Source: a virus
Length of the DNA stretch: 64,000 nt
IMG/VR virus record: IMGVR_UViG_3300045988_143605
Location: 22,369-86,368 of that record
Direction: 5' to 3' (one strand)
A program made the position numbers and the translations under genes. A model generated the notes under the pieces. The model did not search any database. It was not told the DNA's origin and saw only the letters and a list, made by a program, of their open reading frames with translations. Positions 47,447-57,522 of the stretch are shown piece after piece; position 1 is the stretch's first letter, and each line of letters begins with the position of its first letter.

Positions 47447-50400
47447 ATGACACAAGCCACAACCAAAGACTATTGGATTTCGCCGACAGCGTTATATATT
47501 GAACTAAACGCGTTGGGCAATCCAAACTATATCCAGGCATCGTGCATAAGCGGTGCCCAGATACTTGTGTACGTCAAGGATATTATCGGTTTCGATGCCG
47601 GACACAACTACCGACGTTGGACCTTGCAGGCCGCTCCAACGGTATTCAATTCCAACACAGAAAAATACGTCTATGCAGCTATACCGCGTGACTTCACATC
47701 TAATCGGTTAGCGCTAATCGTATTTCCATCAGAGCAAGTTGATATATATGGGAAAAACGAACAAGAAGAGCAAATAGGATCTGTCGATTATTATTACATC
47801 TTTTTACAGGGAATCATAACCTCGTCGGGAGAAAACGGCACGGTGCAGCGTGATTGGAAAATAGGCGGAAGAATCGTATCTGGCTACTTGTCTTCGGATG
47901 AAGCAATCAGTGCTATACCCAACGAAAGCGAGTGGTATAATTATTCATCGGTTGATAGTATCGTAACGTTCCTGAAGAATTTGACAATGAAAGCTGGTAC
48001 ATGCTTTCATGAGTTTTTTGCCAGGTCTATAAAAATTCTTTCTGGAGGTGATTTAACTTTTGAGGGACAGACACCTCTTACGGGTATTGCAGATAAGAAT
48101 ACAAGTGTAATATCTGAAGACAAAATCGTCACGCCTAAATACGTAGATGATAACTTTCTTTCGAGTCAACTTCCTGATACGGCCAAAGGCCTTATTACCT
48201 TTGAGGATGGTTTGTACTGCAAGGGGGCCGCGATTGCAGATCGAGTACATGATAAAAGAAGTACGAACGCAGACAGGGTTCTTACTGGTGCACAGGGATA
48301 TGATATCTATATGGGCGATGATGGCAAGAGTTATGGCTATATAGATAACCTTATAGTCCGTCAAAAAGCACTTTTTGCATCAACTGAGATACGTAAGGTA
48401 AGTTATGCTGGTGGCTCCGTGATATACTCTAATGCGGGGAGCACAATTGTAAAGGTAGCTTATGTCCTTGATACTGCTGGTGCGGTGAGTGCCATCAAGT
48501 GCTATGCCAAGGCTGATGACGGTACTACGCAGACCGCCAACTGGTGGCGTGTGGGCATGATGGCCCTGTGCAAGACCTACAACATCAAGAACAGCGGCAA
48601 CCGATACTACTGGCGCTTGGTGACCGGCACGGGTACAGAGATGCTCGACGACGGTATGGAATACTACTACGTGGTGCTGTCGAACGTAAAGGAGTTTAAG
48701 GGCAGTGACGCCATTATTCCCTCTTACGGCGAGGGCGTGTTCAGTGAAGAGAAGGGCAATCTGCTCACCTGGGGCGACGGCAGCATCAGCATCGCCATAA
48801 CGACAGGCGGTGGCAACGTGAGCATAGCGTCGGTGAGTGATGAGACCGCGGATGACAACGGTGTGGCCTTGGGCGAGAAGACCTTCTATGGCTATGACCC
48901 GTCTGTGGGCAATGACCTGCCTGCTGTGGGTGATGTCTTCGTGCAGGCCGGCGACCAGATAAGATGGATGAGAAGAGGCAATGTGGTGATGGTGCGCACG
49001 AGCAGCGAGGATGACGGTGGTGATACCGCACCGAGCATCATGATGTACTACTCTATGGGCGCACCCTACACTACTGGCAAGAAGGACGAGGCTGGCAATG
49101 ACATCGTGAACCCCTACCAATGGAAGCGGCGCACGGCGAATATGAGTCCTGGCGGCTGGCTGGTAAATGCGAAGCGGTTCAAATTCTTCACCGACGATGA
49201 TGAGAGCCGCATAGTGGAGCCTATCGCCACGACCTACGAGATAAAGGTGAGCAGTGACACCCTGACGATACATCAGGACGGCACGACCACTCCCAACCAA
49301 TATACCGCGTCGGTGGTGAAGCACTACGGCTCGCTGACGGAGACCGTGGAAGGCGCGAAGCTATACGGCGTGCTGACCGCTGACGAGACCAAGAACGATG
49401 TGGTGGTGGAATACGGCAGTCCGCTGTGGCCCGTGTTTGTCGCCTCGTTAAAACTTGCCAAGGCGCTGAGATTCGAGGCTTACATCAACGGCGGCCAAAA
49501 TAATGGAGAGAAGATAGCCGAGAAGCATATATCCGTGACGCGCGATGGTGCAGACGGTGAGAACGTGAATATGGTAGGAAGCGCTGATGACGCCATCGTG
49601 GACTCGGAGGCCCCAAGTGGTGACGGAGTGCATACCTGGGAAGAGCTGCTCCACTATGGTTTTGAGCCAAAGGTCGGCGGCTTGTACCTGTTCTATATGA
49701 CCGATGAGACTGGCAGCAAGGCCCAGGTAGTGAGATACAGCACAGCCACACAGTATACCATCGAGGAAGCCAAGCCAGGCGACAGCTATGTGGTGGACAA
49801 TGCCGATAGCGTGAAGGATGTGGACGGTGTGCTCTTCTCGTGCTACGCCAAGGATGCCAACGGCAATACCGACTGGCGTGACATGGGCGTATGGCGCGGC
49901 CGTGACGGTGTGACGATAACCGCAGAGCCTGGCGCGCTGGTCTTTGATACCGGCATGGACGGACTTGTGGATATGGGCGCGCAGACTGGCGCCATCTCTA
50001 ACATCAGCGCTCAGCGCGGTGGCGAGACGGTGGCTGTGGAGATAACCCAGGTGACCGGCACGGGCTGTACGGCCTCGTTTTCTGGCGCTACGGTGAAGGT
50101 GACCGCCGTGGACAAGCAGACCATAGTAATGGCTGACGGCACGGAGAAGGACATGAGCGTGGGTGGCGGCTATATCGGTGTGGACTGCATGGTGGGCGGT
50201 GCTGCGTATCATGTGACCATCCCCATGACGGTGAATATCGCCGCCTATGCCGGCAAGGTGGAGTGGGATGCGAAAGAGTATAATGCCACCTTTACCAAAT
50301 ACAAGAAAACCACCGACGGAAGACTGGAGAAAGCCGAGAGCAACATCAAGCAGAATGCCGATGCTATAAGTCTCAAAGTGAGCCGCACGGAAATGGAAGC

Positions 50401-51310
50401 TGCAGGCATGGACATCACAAAAGATACTGTGGTGCTGACTGCCACGCAGACTCTGATAAGGAATCAGATGGGCGATACGGTGGCCGTGTTCAATGCAGAC
50501 GGCACGATGATGGCAGGCACGTTGAAGACCGCTGACACGGGCTTTGGCAGCGTGAGTATCAATGGCGGCGAGATAGGCGTGATGAATCCGCAGGGCAAGA
50601 CCAACATGCGTTTCGGTCTGACATCGGACGGCTTCATGGTGCTGCAGTACTACGACAATGATGGCAATCTGCTCTACGACCTTGGCCCGAGCGGTCTGAC
50701 GCAGAGCGCGATAGTGGGGCAGAAGTGGTATTCCGGCCAATGGGTTTCGGTGGCGCTGGGCACGGACATGGCGAGCAAGTGCCTGTGGAGTGACGGCACA
50801 TGGCATGATGCCGCGCCGCTGGCCGCTACGGGCCTGTCGTGCAGATGGTACAAGATGGCTATCGGCAACCTTGCCGCTGCCGCCTTCACCGAGACGGCAG
50901 GCGGCGCAGAGGCGCCGCCCGTGCCTCCTACAGGCAAGCAGCCCAAGTGGGCCGAGAATGGCTACCAGGCTGTGTCGCTGCACAAATACTACGCCGCCAA
51001 GATTAACGGCACTGCTGTGGCCGATGATGCTGCTGGGCTGAGCGCTAAGGAGGCAGCCCTTGCAGACGGGAAATGGTTTACGCAGAAGACCGGCCTCGGC
51101 GACGGCGCTGGCGGTCTGCAGCATGAGGCCGAGGGCCAGTGGCTGCCCTGGGACGGCACGGTGCTGGACGGCGTGGGCGATGCGAGCAACGTGTACTACC
51201 CGACATACAGGCTTACGGGCCTGATGACCACGGTGATGGGCAGCGAGCAGCAGATGAGCATGGTGGTGAGCGAGAAGGTGAGCAAGACACAAGGAACAAT
51301 AACCCGATAA
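47447..51310 (+). CDS. tail fibre / tail spike-like protein, compositionally chimeric
   Basis: 1287 aa. Low-GC 5' ~1 kb, then GC-rich. Gly/Thr/Val-rich beta-type sequence. The lysis genes follow. Confidence 0.6.
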   Translation: MTQATTKDYWISPTALYIELNALGNPNYIQASCISGAQILVYVKDIIGFDAGHNYRRWTLQAAPTVFNSNTEKYVYAAIPRDFTSNRLALIVFPSEQVDIYGKNEQEEQIGSVDYYYIFLQGIITSSGENGTVQRDWKIGGRIVSGYLSSDEAISAIPNESEWYNYSSVDSIVTFLKNLTMKAGTCFHEFFARSIKILSGGDLTFEGQTPLTGIADKNTSVISEDKIVTPKYVDDNFLSSQLPDTAKGLITFEDGLYCKGAAIADRVHDKRSTNADRVLTGAQGYDIYMGDDGKSYGYIDNLIVRQKALFASTEIRKVSYAGGSVIYSNAGSTIVKVAYVLDTAGAVSAIKCYAKADDGTTQTANWWRVGMMALCKTYNIKNSGNRYYWRLVTGTGTEMLDDGMEYYYVVLSNVKEFKGSDAIIPSYGEGVFSEEKGNLLTWGDGSISIAITTGGGNVSIASVSDETADDNGVALGEKTFYGYDPSVGNDLPAVGDVFVQAGDQIRWMRRGNVVMVRTSSEDDGGDTAPSIMMYYSMGAPYTTGKKDEAGNDIVNPYQWKRRTANMSPGGWLVNAKRFKFFTDDDESRIVEPIATTYEIKVSSDTLTIHQDGTTTPNQYTASVVKHYGSLTETVEGAKLYGVLTADETKNDVVVEYGSPLWPVFVASLKLAKALRFEAYINGGQNNGEKIAEKHISVTRDGADGENVNMVGSADDAIVDSEAPSGDGVHTWEELLHYGFEPKVGGLYLFYMTDETGSKAQVVRYSTATQYTIEEAKPGDSYVVDNADSVKDVDGVLFSCYAKDANGNTDWRDMGVWRGRDGVTITAEPGALVFDTGMDGLVDMGAQTGAISNISAQRGGETVAVEITQVTGTGCTASFSGATVKVTAVDKQTIVMADGTEKDMSVGGGYIGVDCMVGGAAYHVTIPMTVNIAAYAGKVEWDAKEYNATFTKYKKTTDGRLEKAESNIKQNADAISLKVSRTEMEAAGMDITKDTVVLTATQTLIRNQMGDTVAVFNADGTMMAGTLKTADTGFGSVSINGGEIGVMNPQGKTNMRFGLTSDGFMVLQYYDNDGNLLYDLGPSGLTQSAIVGQKWYSGQWVSVALGTDMASKCLWSDGTWHDAAPLAATGLSCRWYKMAIGNLAAAAFTETAGGAEAPPVPPTGKQPKWAENGYQAVSLHKYYAAKINGTAVADDAAGLSAKEAALADGKWFTQKTGLGDGAGGLQHEAEGQWLPWDGTVLDGVGDASNVYYPTYRLTGLMTTVMGSEQQMSMVVSEKVSKTQGTITR

Positions 51311-51315
51311 ACGAG

Positions 51316-51855
51316 ATGATGATGATAAACAACTTCATGCCCGAGCAGATACGGGCGATAGGAACACTCCTTCTGAGTACGTTGGCCGCGATAGTGTGCC
51401 CGACGGCGAGTATGATGGGTGCGCTCACGATAGCGTGCATGTTTAACGTATGGTGCGGTATGAGGGCTGACGGTGTGAGCGTGATACGCTGCCACAGGTT
51501 CTCCTGGGCCAAGTTTGCCAAGGCGATGTATGAGTTTGTGCTCATCCTGATGGTGATAGAGCTGGTGCGAGGCATCATGTTTCTCTGTGGTGATGACGAG
51601 ACGAGCTTCTACCCGGTTAAGGTGCTGACCTATGCGATAAGCATCTACTATCTGCAGAACGCGATGAAGAACCTGGTGAAGGTCTATCCCGAGAGCAAGG
51701 CCCTGTGGAGAGTGTACCTTTGCATACGTTTTGAGTGGAAACGCGCTCTGCCCGGCAATGTGGCGGAGAAGATAGAACAATACAAGCAACATGCAGAAAA
51801 AGAAAGGAGCAGGAAAGATGGAGATAATAATAAGACGGATAGCGAAGAGGTCTGA
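51316..51855 (+). CDS. holin-like membrane protein (second paralog)
   Basis: Start at MMMINNF. TM segments, with SIYYLQNAMKNL aligning to the SILEN region of the 9454 protein. Immediately upstream of the YkuD-like gene. Confidence 0.5.
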   Translation: MMMINNFMPEQIRAIGTLLLSTLAAIVCPTASMMGALTIACMFNVWCGMRADGVSVIRCHRFSWAKFAKAMYEFVLILMVIELVRGIMFLCGDDETSFYPVKVLTYAISIYYLQNAMKNLVKVYPESKALWRVYLCIRFEWKRALPGNVAEKIEQYKQHAEKERSRKDGDNNKTDSEEV

Positions 51856-52285
51856 CTATACGATAGGCCGCATGTATGTGGATGGAAGGTATGTGTGTGA
51901 CACGCTGGAGGACACCGACAGGGGTCTCACCTCTGCTATGAGTGATATGGAGATACGTAGGCAGAAGGTGCCAGGCAAGACAGCTATACCCTCTGGTGAA
52001 TATATGGTGTCTCTGAATGTGATAAGCCCGAGATTTGGCAACAGGTATTTTTACAGGAGTCTCTGCGGTGGCCGCCTGCCTCGTCTTGTCGATGTGAAAG
52101 GCTTTGCCGGTGTGCTGATACACTGTGGCAATACTGCTGCTGATACCGATGGCTGTATTCTCGTAGGTGAAAACAAGGCAGTAGGCAAGGTTGTCAACTC
52201 ACAAGCCATATTCAGCAGACTTTGGAAAGAGTGTCTGGGTCCTGCTGCCAAGAGATGTGAAAAGGTAACACTTAAAATAGAATGA
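51818..52285 (+). CDS. YkuD-fold / DUF5675-like protein, endolysin candidate
   Basis: VLIHCGNTAADTDGCILVG resembles the H-x-G-N...D-x-x-G-C-I active-site stretch of L,D-transpeptidase-like domains. Confidence 0.55.
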   Translation: MEIIIRRIAKRSDYTIGRMYVDGRYVCDTLEDTDRGLTSAMSDMEIRRQKVPGKTAIPSGEYMVSLNVISPRFGNRYFYRSLCGGRLPRLVDVKGFAGVLIHCGNTAADTDGCILVGENKAVGKVVNSQAIFSRLWKECLGPAAKRCEKVTLKIE

Positions 52286-52629
52286 CTATGAACTGGAAAT
52301 GGATAATGGAAAGCAACCGTCCTGACCATGTGTTGGGCGGATTAGTGACTGCGATGCTGCTGACGATAGTGTTCACGGCGGGCTGTGCTGTGGGCATGGA
52401 GTTCAAGGACAAGCAGCACGGTGGAGAATGGGACTGGAAGGACATAGCCGCCACGATGATAGGAGGCCTTGTGGGCCAGGCTGTGCAGGTAATAATGATA
52501 ATGATGATAAAGCAATGGACAGACTGTATGAGTTTCTGGCCCTCGTTGGGCTTGGTATTGTTCTGCTGCTGTGTGGTTGCAGCAGTGTGCGTTATGTTCC
52601 TCAAGCGTCTACACACGATACTCTCGTAA
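52282..52629 (+). CDS. small membrane protein
   Basis: 115 aa with hydrophobic segments. Overlaps the next gene out of frame by 115 nt. Confidence 0.4.
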   Translation: MTMNWKWIMESNRPDHVLGGLVTAMLLTIVFTAGCAVGMEFKDKQHGGEWDWKDIAATMIGGLVGQAVQVIMIMMIKQWTDCMSFWPSLGLVLFCCCVVAAVCVMFLKRLHTILS

Positions 52630-52934
52630 AGGTAAACACTGTTTACAAGACGCAGCGTGTGTATGACAGCGTATGGGTGAAGGAGGTGGTGAAAGGTGAC
52701 ACGGTGCGTATAGACCGCTGGCACAGGACGCACACGACCGACACGCTGTGTGTGACCGACACTCTGTGGATGGTGAAGTGTGACACGGTGCGCGTGCCAA
52801 TGCCTGTGGAGCGCAAGGCGCCCTGGTGGGAGCGTCGTGTGAAGCCTGTGGTGAACCATGTGCTGACGGTTGTGGTGCTGGTGGTGCTGCTGTACTGCCT
52901 GTATTATATCAAAGAGCGTAAAGGAAAGGATTAG
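52515..52934 (+). CDS. lipoprotein with a C-terminal TM: unimolecular spanin candidate
   Basis: MDRLYEFLALVGLGIVLLLCGC-SS lipobox-like signal, a beta-rich middle, and a C-terminal TM VVNHVLTVVVLVVLLYCLYYI. Confidence 0.5.
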   Translation: MDRLYEFLALVGLGIVLLLCGCSSVRYVPQASTHDTLVKVNTVYKTQRVYDSVWVKEVVKGDTVRIDRWHRTHTTDTLCVTDTLWMVKCDTVRVPMPVERKAPWWERRVKPVVNHVLTVVVLVVLLYCLYYIKERKGKD

Positions 52935-52936
52935 AT

Positions 52937-53248
52937 ATGACAGAATGGAGCAAGATAAACGTGACGGCGCTGGACGCCGTGGATGGAGTGGAGTCTGGCG
53001 ACACCCTGCTGCTGATACGCAGCAAGGCTGACGGAACACGCGAGGCTAAGCGCATCACGGCGTCGCTCTTTGCGGGCGAGGATGCCTATGAGATAGCGCA
53101 GCAGAAGGGCTATGGCGGCACGTATGGCGACTGGCAGCAGCTGGTGGCAGACATCGTGGCTGCAGAAGGCAGTCTGGCGAAGGTGGAGGACATAAGCCTG
53201 TCGCTGGACTCGGCTACGGGCGAGCTGGTGATAAGTGTAGGACAGTGA
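52937..53248 (+). CDS. small fibre-associated protein
   Basis: GEDAYEIAQQKGYGGTYGDWQQ resembles the G-x-S-A-Y-E-I-A...G-F-x-G-T motif common at the N-termini of phage fibre proteins. Confidence 0.5.
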   Translation: MTEWSKINVTALDAVDGVESGDTLLLIRSKADGTREAKRITASLFAGEDAYEIAQQKGYGGTYGDWQQLVADIVAAEGSLAKVEDISLSLDSATGELVISVGQ

Positions 53249-53262
53249 AACTGAAAATCACG

Positions 53263-54144
53263 ATGAAAAAGATAGTAAGAGGGAATGACTTTAGGATGAA
53301 GATACCCGTAAGGAAGATGGTGGGCAAGGAGCAGGTGAAGTTTGCTCTGCCCGCCTGTACGGATATAGTAGTGAACCTGGTGGGCGCATACAGACGTCAC
53401 AGCCTGGAGTATGCCATCTCGGTGAGCGATGACTCGGTGATAGAGGCCCGCGTGGAAGGCGACGCTCTCAGCGTGGGCAACTATGCGCTGGAGGTGAAGG
53501 GCCGCCTGTATGGCAACGACTGGCGAAGCAATGAGTATGAGCAGGTGCAGATAGTGGACAACAACGCAAGCGGTGACACCGTGTTTGAGCCGAGCGAGGG
53601 CGAGGACAGCGTGGAGATGGACACTGCCATTGTGGTGCTGCCTCCTACTGCCGACACCGAGGCGCTGATAGCTGCCTGTAAGGAGGCCACCGAGGCTTGC
53701 CGGAAGACTACGGCGGAGGCGGAGGCTGCGGAGAGCGGAAGGAAGACTGCGGAGGAAGCGCGGGAGACGGCGGAGAGCCAAAGGCGGGCTGACGAGATCG
53801 CCCGCGAGGTGGCCGAAGACCAGCGCAGCAGCAACGAGAGCAGCCGCGAGGACGCCGAGGCGCAGCGGATAAGCGCGGAGACGGAGCGCAAGACCGCAGA
53901 GACCAAGCGCGCCACCGCCGAGGATGGGCGCAAGGATGCCGAGGCAAAGCGCGCTGCTGCCGAAAAGGCGAGAGAGACGGCGGAGTCCGAGCGCGTGAAG
54001 GCCGAGACGGCAAGAGCCGGGGCGGAGGTTGCACGCGATGCTGCCGAGCAGAAGCGGCAGGAGGACACCGACAGGGCGGTGAAGCATGCCGAGAGCGTGG
54101 ATGTGAGCCTGAGCGGTGCGGAGATAGTAGTAAGTATCGATTAA
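53263..54144 (+). CDS. fibre protein with at least 15 tandem AExxRxx heptads
   Basis: AEEARET AESQRRA DEIAREV AEDQRSS ... AEVARDA AEQKRQE read directly from the translation. Confidence 0.6.
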   Translation: MKKIVRGNDFRMKIPVRKMVGKEQVKFALPACTDIVVNLVGAYRRHSLEYAISVSDDSVIEARVEGDALSVGNYALEVKGRLYGNDWRSNEYEQVQIVDNNASGDTVFEPSEGEDSVEMDTAIVVLPPTADTEALIAACKEATEACRKTTAEAEAAESGRKTAEEARETAESQRRADEIAREVAEDQRSSNESSREDAEAQRISAETERKTAETKRATAEDGRKDAEAKRAAAEKARETAESERVKAETARAGAEVARDAAEQKRQEDTDRAVKHAESVDVSLSGAEIVVSID

Positions 54145-54161
54145 ACAAAAACATAACAACT

Positions 54162-56945
54162 ATGGCAAAGAAAGAAATAAAAGTGAAGGTGGTGCTGACC
54201 AAGGCCGGTGACACCTGGGATGTGGAGAAGACGTATAGGCTGCTGGACTATGTGACGCTGACGGACGGCCGCATCTACGTGAGCAAGCAGGAAGGGAACC
54301 AGGGCCACGAGCTGACGGATGCCGCGTGGTGGGACAAGACTGTGGACCTGAAGGGCTATGTGGACGCCATGACGGCTGCCACCGTCGCTGCCAACACCGC
54401 CGCAGAAGGAGCGGGGAAGGTAGACGCCACGCTGGGCGATGACCATGTGCTGACGGTGACCGACCGCACGGGCGCGGTGAAACGCACGGCGCTGGGTGAT
54501 GCTGCCGACGTGGCGAGGATGAAGCAGAGCCTGGGTCCGTACTCCGCCAGAGAGGATATCGTGCTGACGGCATCGGCCACGGGCTATGTAATCAGCAAGG
54601 ACGGTGTGAAGACCGCCAAGAGCGGCTGGGCTATGTCCGAGTTTACGGCGGAGCTGGGCAACGAGTATCTCTTCAATCCAGGAGAGACTGACGGCGAGGT
54701 GTGCGTCTTTGCCGAGTACATAGACAAGGTGGAGCAGCGAGGCATAGACTATGCCTATACGTATGACGAGCAGGGCAGGGTGGCTACGGCGAAGGCTACC
54801 TATGACGGGGCTACACACAGCTATACCTATGCCTATTCGGCAGGAGACGGTGTGCAGGGTGCTGAGAACTGCACCATCACCGATGACCAGACGGGAAAGA
54901 CGGTGGACTATCTGCCGAGTACCTACAAGACGAAGGTGGGCAGCTATCAGCCTCTGACTCTGCTGAATGCCGGTGCGGAGCTGCCCGAGGACGGGTATTG
55001 TAGGTTTGTGTCGAACTTCCAGGCCCGGGCGAGCATCAAGGTGGTGGTGAGCTACAAGGTGGCGGCTGCCGACCTCGTGATGAAGGTGGTGAGAGACGGC
55101 ATGACGGCGAGCATGTGTACGCAGCTGTCAAGAATAAACCAGAAGGTGGACGAGGCTAAGGCTGCCGAGGAGGAGCTGAGGAAGAAGGTGAGCCTGATGG
55201 GCGATGCCTTTGTGGGGTTTGCCCGCATCAGCGGTGACATGGACCCGAAGCCAGCGGATGACTATATCTACGGCAACAGGAAACTGGTAAAGGAGATAGG
55301 CAAGCACATGAAGATAGGCACCGTGAAGCGCGTGGGCAATGAGGCTGTGCTGCAGCACGAGTGTGCGCCAGGTCGCATCACGCTGGCGAGCAATGGCGAC
55401 GCGGTGAAGGTGGACGGCACGGAGGGCGACCTGCTGGTGTATACCGACATGCCGCTGCACGTAATCAGGGCCAACGAGGTGCTGGACGGTATGGAGATGA
55501 GCTGCATGGGTGTGGGCCTGTCGCCCTGCGTATGGAAGTGGGCGCCGTCGAAGAAGTTTGAGCCCTTTGCCATGTCACCCTTCTATACGGTGAGCGCTCA
55601 ACTTGCCGGTGACGAGAGGGTATGCGCCCATTGCGTAATTTCTGACGATGTGAGGGGTTCTGGCAGCGCTGCATCTGGCACCGTGAAGAATGCTCTGAAT
55701 GAGACCGGCATGGGTTATCCTAATTGGGGTATTAGCGGACTTAGCGCCATCCACATGGCCCAGAACAAGAACGCGGACCCGAACACCAACTATCCGTATA
55801 TGGGCTGTTACTATGAGCTGTATGAACTCTGGGTGGCGATGATGTATGCTGAAGTGGGGACGCTGAATGCGACAGACCTGTATCTCTTCGGAGTGGGATG
55901 CACGCATACGAGCATAGCCAACGCGCAGACATGGGCCAATGCGAAGATAGCTGGCGACAGCGGCGTGAAGACTTTCAAGGCTGACGGCACGGCGCTGGGC
56001 TATAACGGCATCATGGAACAGAGCTGGAAGAAAGGTGCTGACGGAAAGGCGGACTATAATCTGAAGGCCATGTTTGGCGGCACTTTCTACTCGATGACCA
56101 AATGTGGCGAACTGCAGTCTGTGCTTGACGGCATAAGCAAAGCCGGTCTACAGGACAAGGTTGGCAAGATGACGAGCATCTTCAGCATCGGCTCTGACGG
56201 CAACATGGTCTGTACTGAAGACGGCAGCATCGATGTGGAGACTGGCGCAGGCATGGTGGTGAACAAGCGCTACTATGTGGTGAGAGATGTGTCAGGATGT
56301 GAGGGCTTGAAAGATGGCGTGATGACGGCCATGGCCAACTGCTACGTGAAGATGGAGTTTGCGGACGGTACCTACTATGACACTGTAGATGTGACGGGCG
56401 GCTGGGTGATAGGAAAATTCTCTCACTCGTGCTATCGTGGACTGAGTATGCCGATGGATGGCATGTTCAGACAGATGAGCGGCGTGCATTACACGTCGAG
56501 CAAGGTGAACGGCGAGTATGTGGACTGGTTGTACTATGCCGAGAAATGGCAGGATATGGCTCCGCTGACGGACGACGTGTGCTATGGAGATGTGGGTACG
56601 GCATTTAACGTGCTCAAGGGCCTGCGCTGGAAGGTACGCGTGAAAGGCGTGTCTGGATATGTCAAAAAGATAGACTATACGAGGAATATGTTCTGTTATG
56701 AAGACTTTGGCGGTGGAATCCATACGGGTGAATGCTGCTATAGCTGGAATGACCACTATATGTGGGGCGCTGTGAGCGGCGGTCTTGCAGAGGATGGCAA
56801 GGAGGGCGTCAAGGCTCTCGTTGCGGGTTGCAACGCCTACCATGGCTTGGCGTCTGCTCGCGCTGCGAGTTGCAACCTCGCTGTGAGCAATGGCAACAGC
56901 TACTTCGCTGGGGCTTTGGCTGTCCCTCAGCTTAAATTAAAATAA
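54162..56945 (+). CDS. DGR target protein (fibre / receptor-binding candidate) with a C-terminal variable region
   Basis: 927 aa. The last ~40 codons are the VR (ALVAGCNAYHGLASARAASCNLAVSNGNSYFAGALAV). Confidence 0.85.
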   Translation: MAKKEIKVKVVLTKAGDTWDVEKTYRLLDYVTLTDGRIYVSKQEGNQGHELTDAAWWDKTVDLKGYVDAMTAATVAANTAAEGAGKVDATLGDDHVLTVTDRTGAVKRTALGDAADVARMKQSLGPYSAREDIVLTASATGYVISKDGVKTAKSGWAMSEFTAELGNEYLFNPGETDGEVCVFAEYIDKVEQRGIDYAYTYDEQGRVATAKATYDGATHSYTYAYSAGDGVQGAENCTITDDQTGKTVDYLPSTYKTKVGSYQPLTLLNAGAELPEDGYCRFVSNFQARASIKVVVSYKVAAADLVMKVVRDGMTASMCTQLSRINQKVDEAKAAEEELRKKVSLMGDAFVGFARISGDMDPKPADDYIYGNRKLVKEIGKHMKIGTVKRVGNEAVLQHECAPGRITLASNGDAVKVDGTEGDLLVYTDMPLHVIRANEVLDGMEMSCMGVGLSPCVWKWAPSKKFEPFAMSPFYTVSAQLAGDERVCAHCVISDDVRGSGSAASGTVKNALNETGMGYPNWGISGLSAIHMAQNKNADPNTNYPYMGCYYELYELWVAMMYAEVGTLNATDLYLFGVGCTHTSIANAQTWANAKIAGDSGVKTFKADGTALGYNGIMEQSWKKGADGKADYNLKAMFGGTFYSMTKCGELQSVLDGISKAGLQDKVGKMTSIFSIGSDGNMVCTEDGSIDVETGAGMVVNKRYYVVRDVSGCEGLKDGVMTAMANCYVKMEFADGTYYDTVDVTGGWVIGKFSHSCYRGLSMPMDGMFRQMSGVHYTSSKVNGEYVDWLYYAEKWQDMAPLTDDVCYGDVGTAFNVLKGLRWKVRVKGVSGYVKKIDYTRNMFCYEDFGGGIHTGECCYSWNDHYMWGAVSGGLAEDGKEGVKALVAGCNAYHGLASARAASCNLAVSNGNSYFAGALAVPQLKLK
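56812..56930 (+). repeat. DGR variable repeat (VR)
   Basis: 119 nt aligning to 57284-57402. All 11 differences are at TR adenines. Confidence 0.9.
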
Positions 56946-57014
56946 CAAGTAGGCGGTCCAATCAAAAAGCTGTCGGCCATTAGACAACAAGCCTGGAGCA
57001 ACGCCACAAACTGA

Positions 57015-57038
57015 GGGGCGGCGGCTGATAGCCGCCCC
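57015..57038 (+). other. GC-rich hairpin between the target gene and TR
   Basis: GGGGCGGC-GGCTGATA-GCCGCCCC, an 8-bp all-GC stem. Its role (terminator or DGR-associated hairpin) is unknown. Confidence 0.35.
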
Positions 57039-57283
57039 GACGGCGCCCGGGGGCTGGCAAATAATCTGGAACAGGTAAATCTCAAAGAAAAAGAATATGA
57101 ATCTCATCGGACAGAAGAATATCGACATGACGAAGCAGCCATCATCGGATGATGTGATGATGTACGGCTGTCTGGTGGGTGAGTCTGGCCGAGAAGCGCA
57201 AGGTATGCTCTCTCCTGCGGTGGACGCGGACGCGTCTGAGCCTTGCGTGATGGTCGGTGCAGACGAAAGCGCAGGTAAGGAAC

Positions 57284-57402
57284 AGGCTCTCGTTGCGGGT
57301 TGCAACGCCAACAATGGCATGGCGTCTGCTCGCACTGCGAATTGCAACAACGCTGTGAGCAATGGCAACAGCAACTACGCTGGGGCTTTGGCTGTCAATC
57401 AG
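57284..57402 (+). repeat. DGR template repeat (TR)
   Basis: Invariant partner of the VR. Adenines are concentrated in AAC/AAT codons. Lies ~120 nt upstream of the RT start. Confidence 0.9.
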
Positions 57403-57522
57403 GTAGAAGATAGCAGGAAACACCTTACATCGCGACCAACAAGGTCAAACATAGCGAACGCCCATACCGCCACTGGTGGGTATGGATTGGGAGTCTGCGC
57501 GTTGCCACCGTTTTGCGGTGAT

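Noticed and set aside
48380-54818. Long minus-strand ORFs (48380-49324, 49448-51292 at 614 aa, 51196-51792, 52272-53039, 53110-54159, 54141-54818)
   Set aside because: All are antisense to well-supported fibre and lysis genes in the GC-rich block. Their translations are R/H/A/P-rich low complexity, typical of high-GC3 shadow ORFs.
57097-57522. N-terminal 142 codons of the 620-aa ORF as part of the RT
   Set aside because: This part contains TR itself, which is open because it copies the VR reading frame. It has no RT motifs. DGR RTs start downstream of TR, so I start the RT at 57523. Translation from 57097 cannot be fully excluded.
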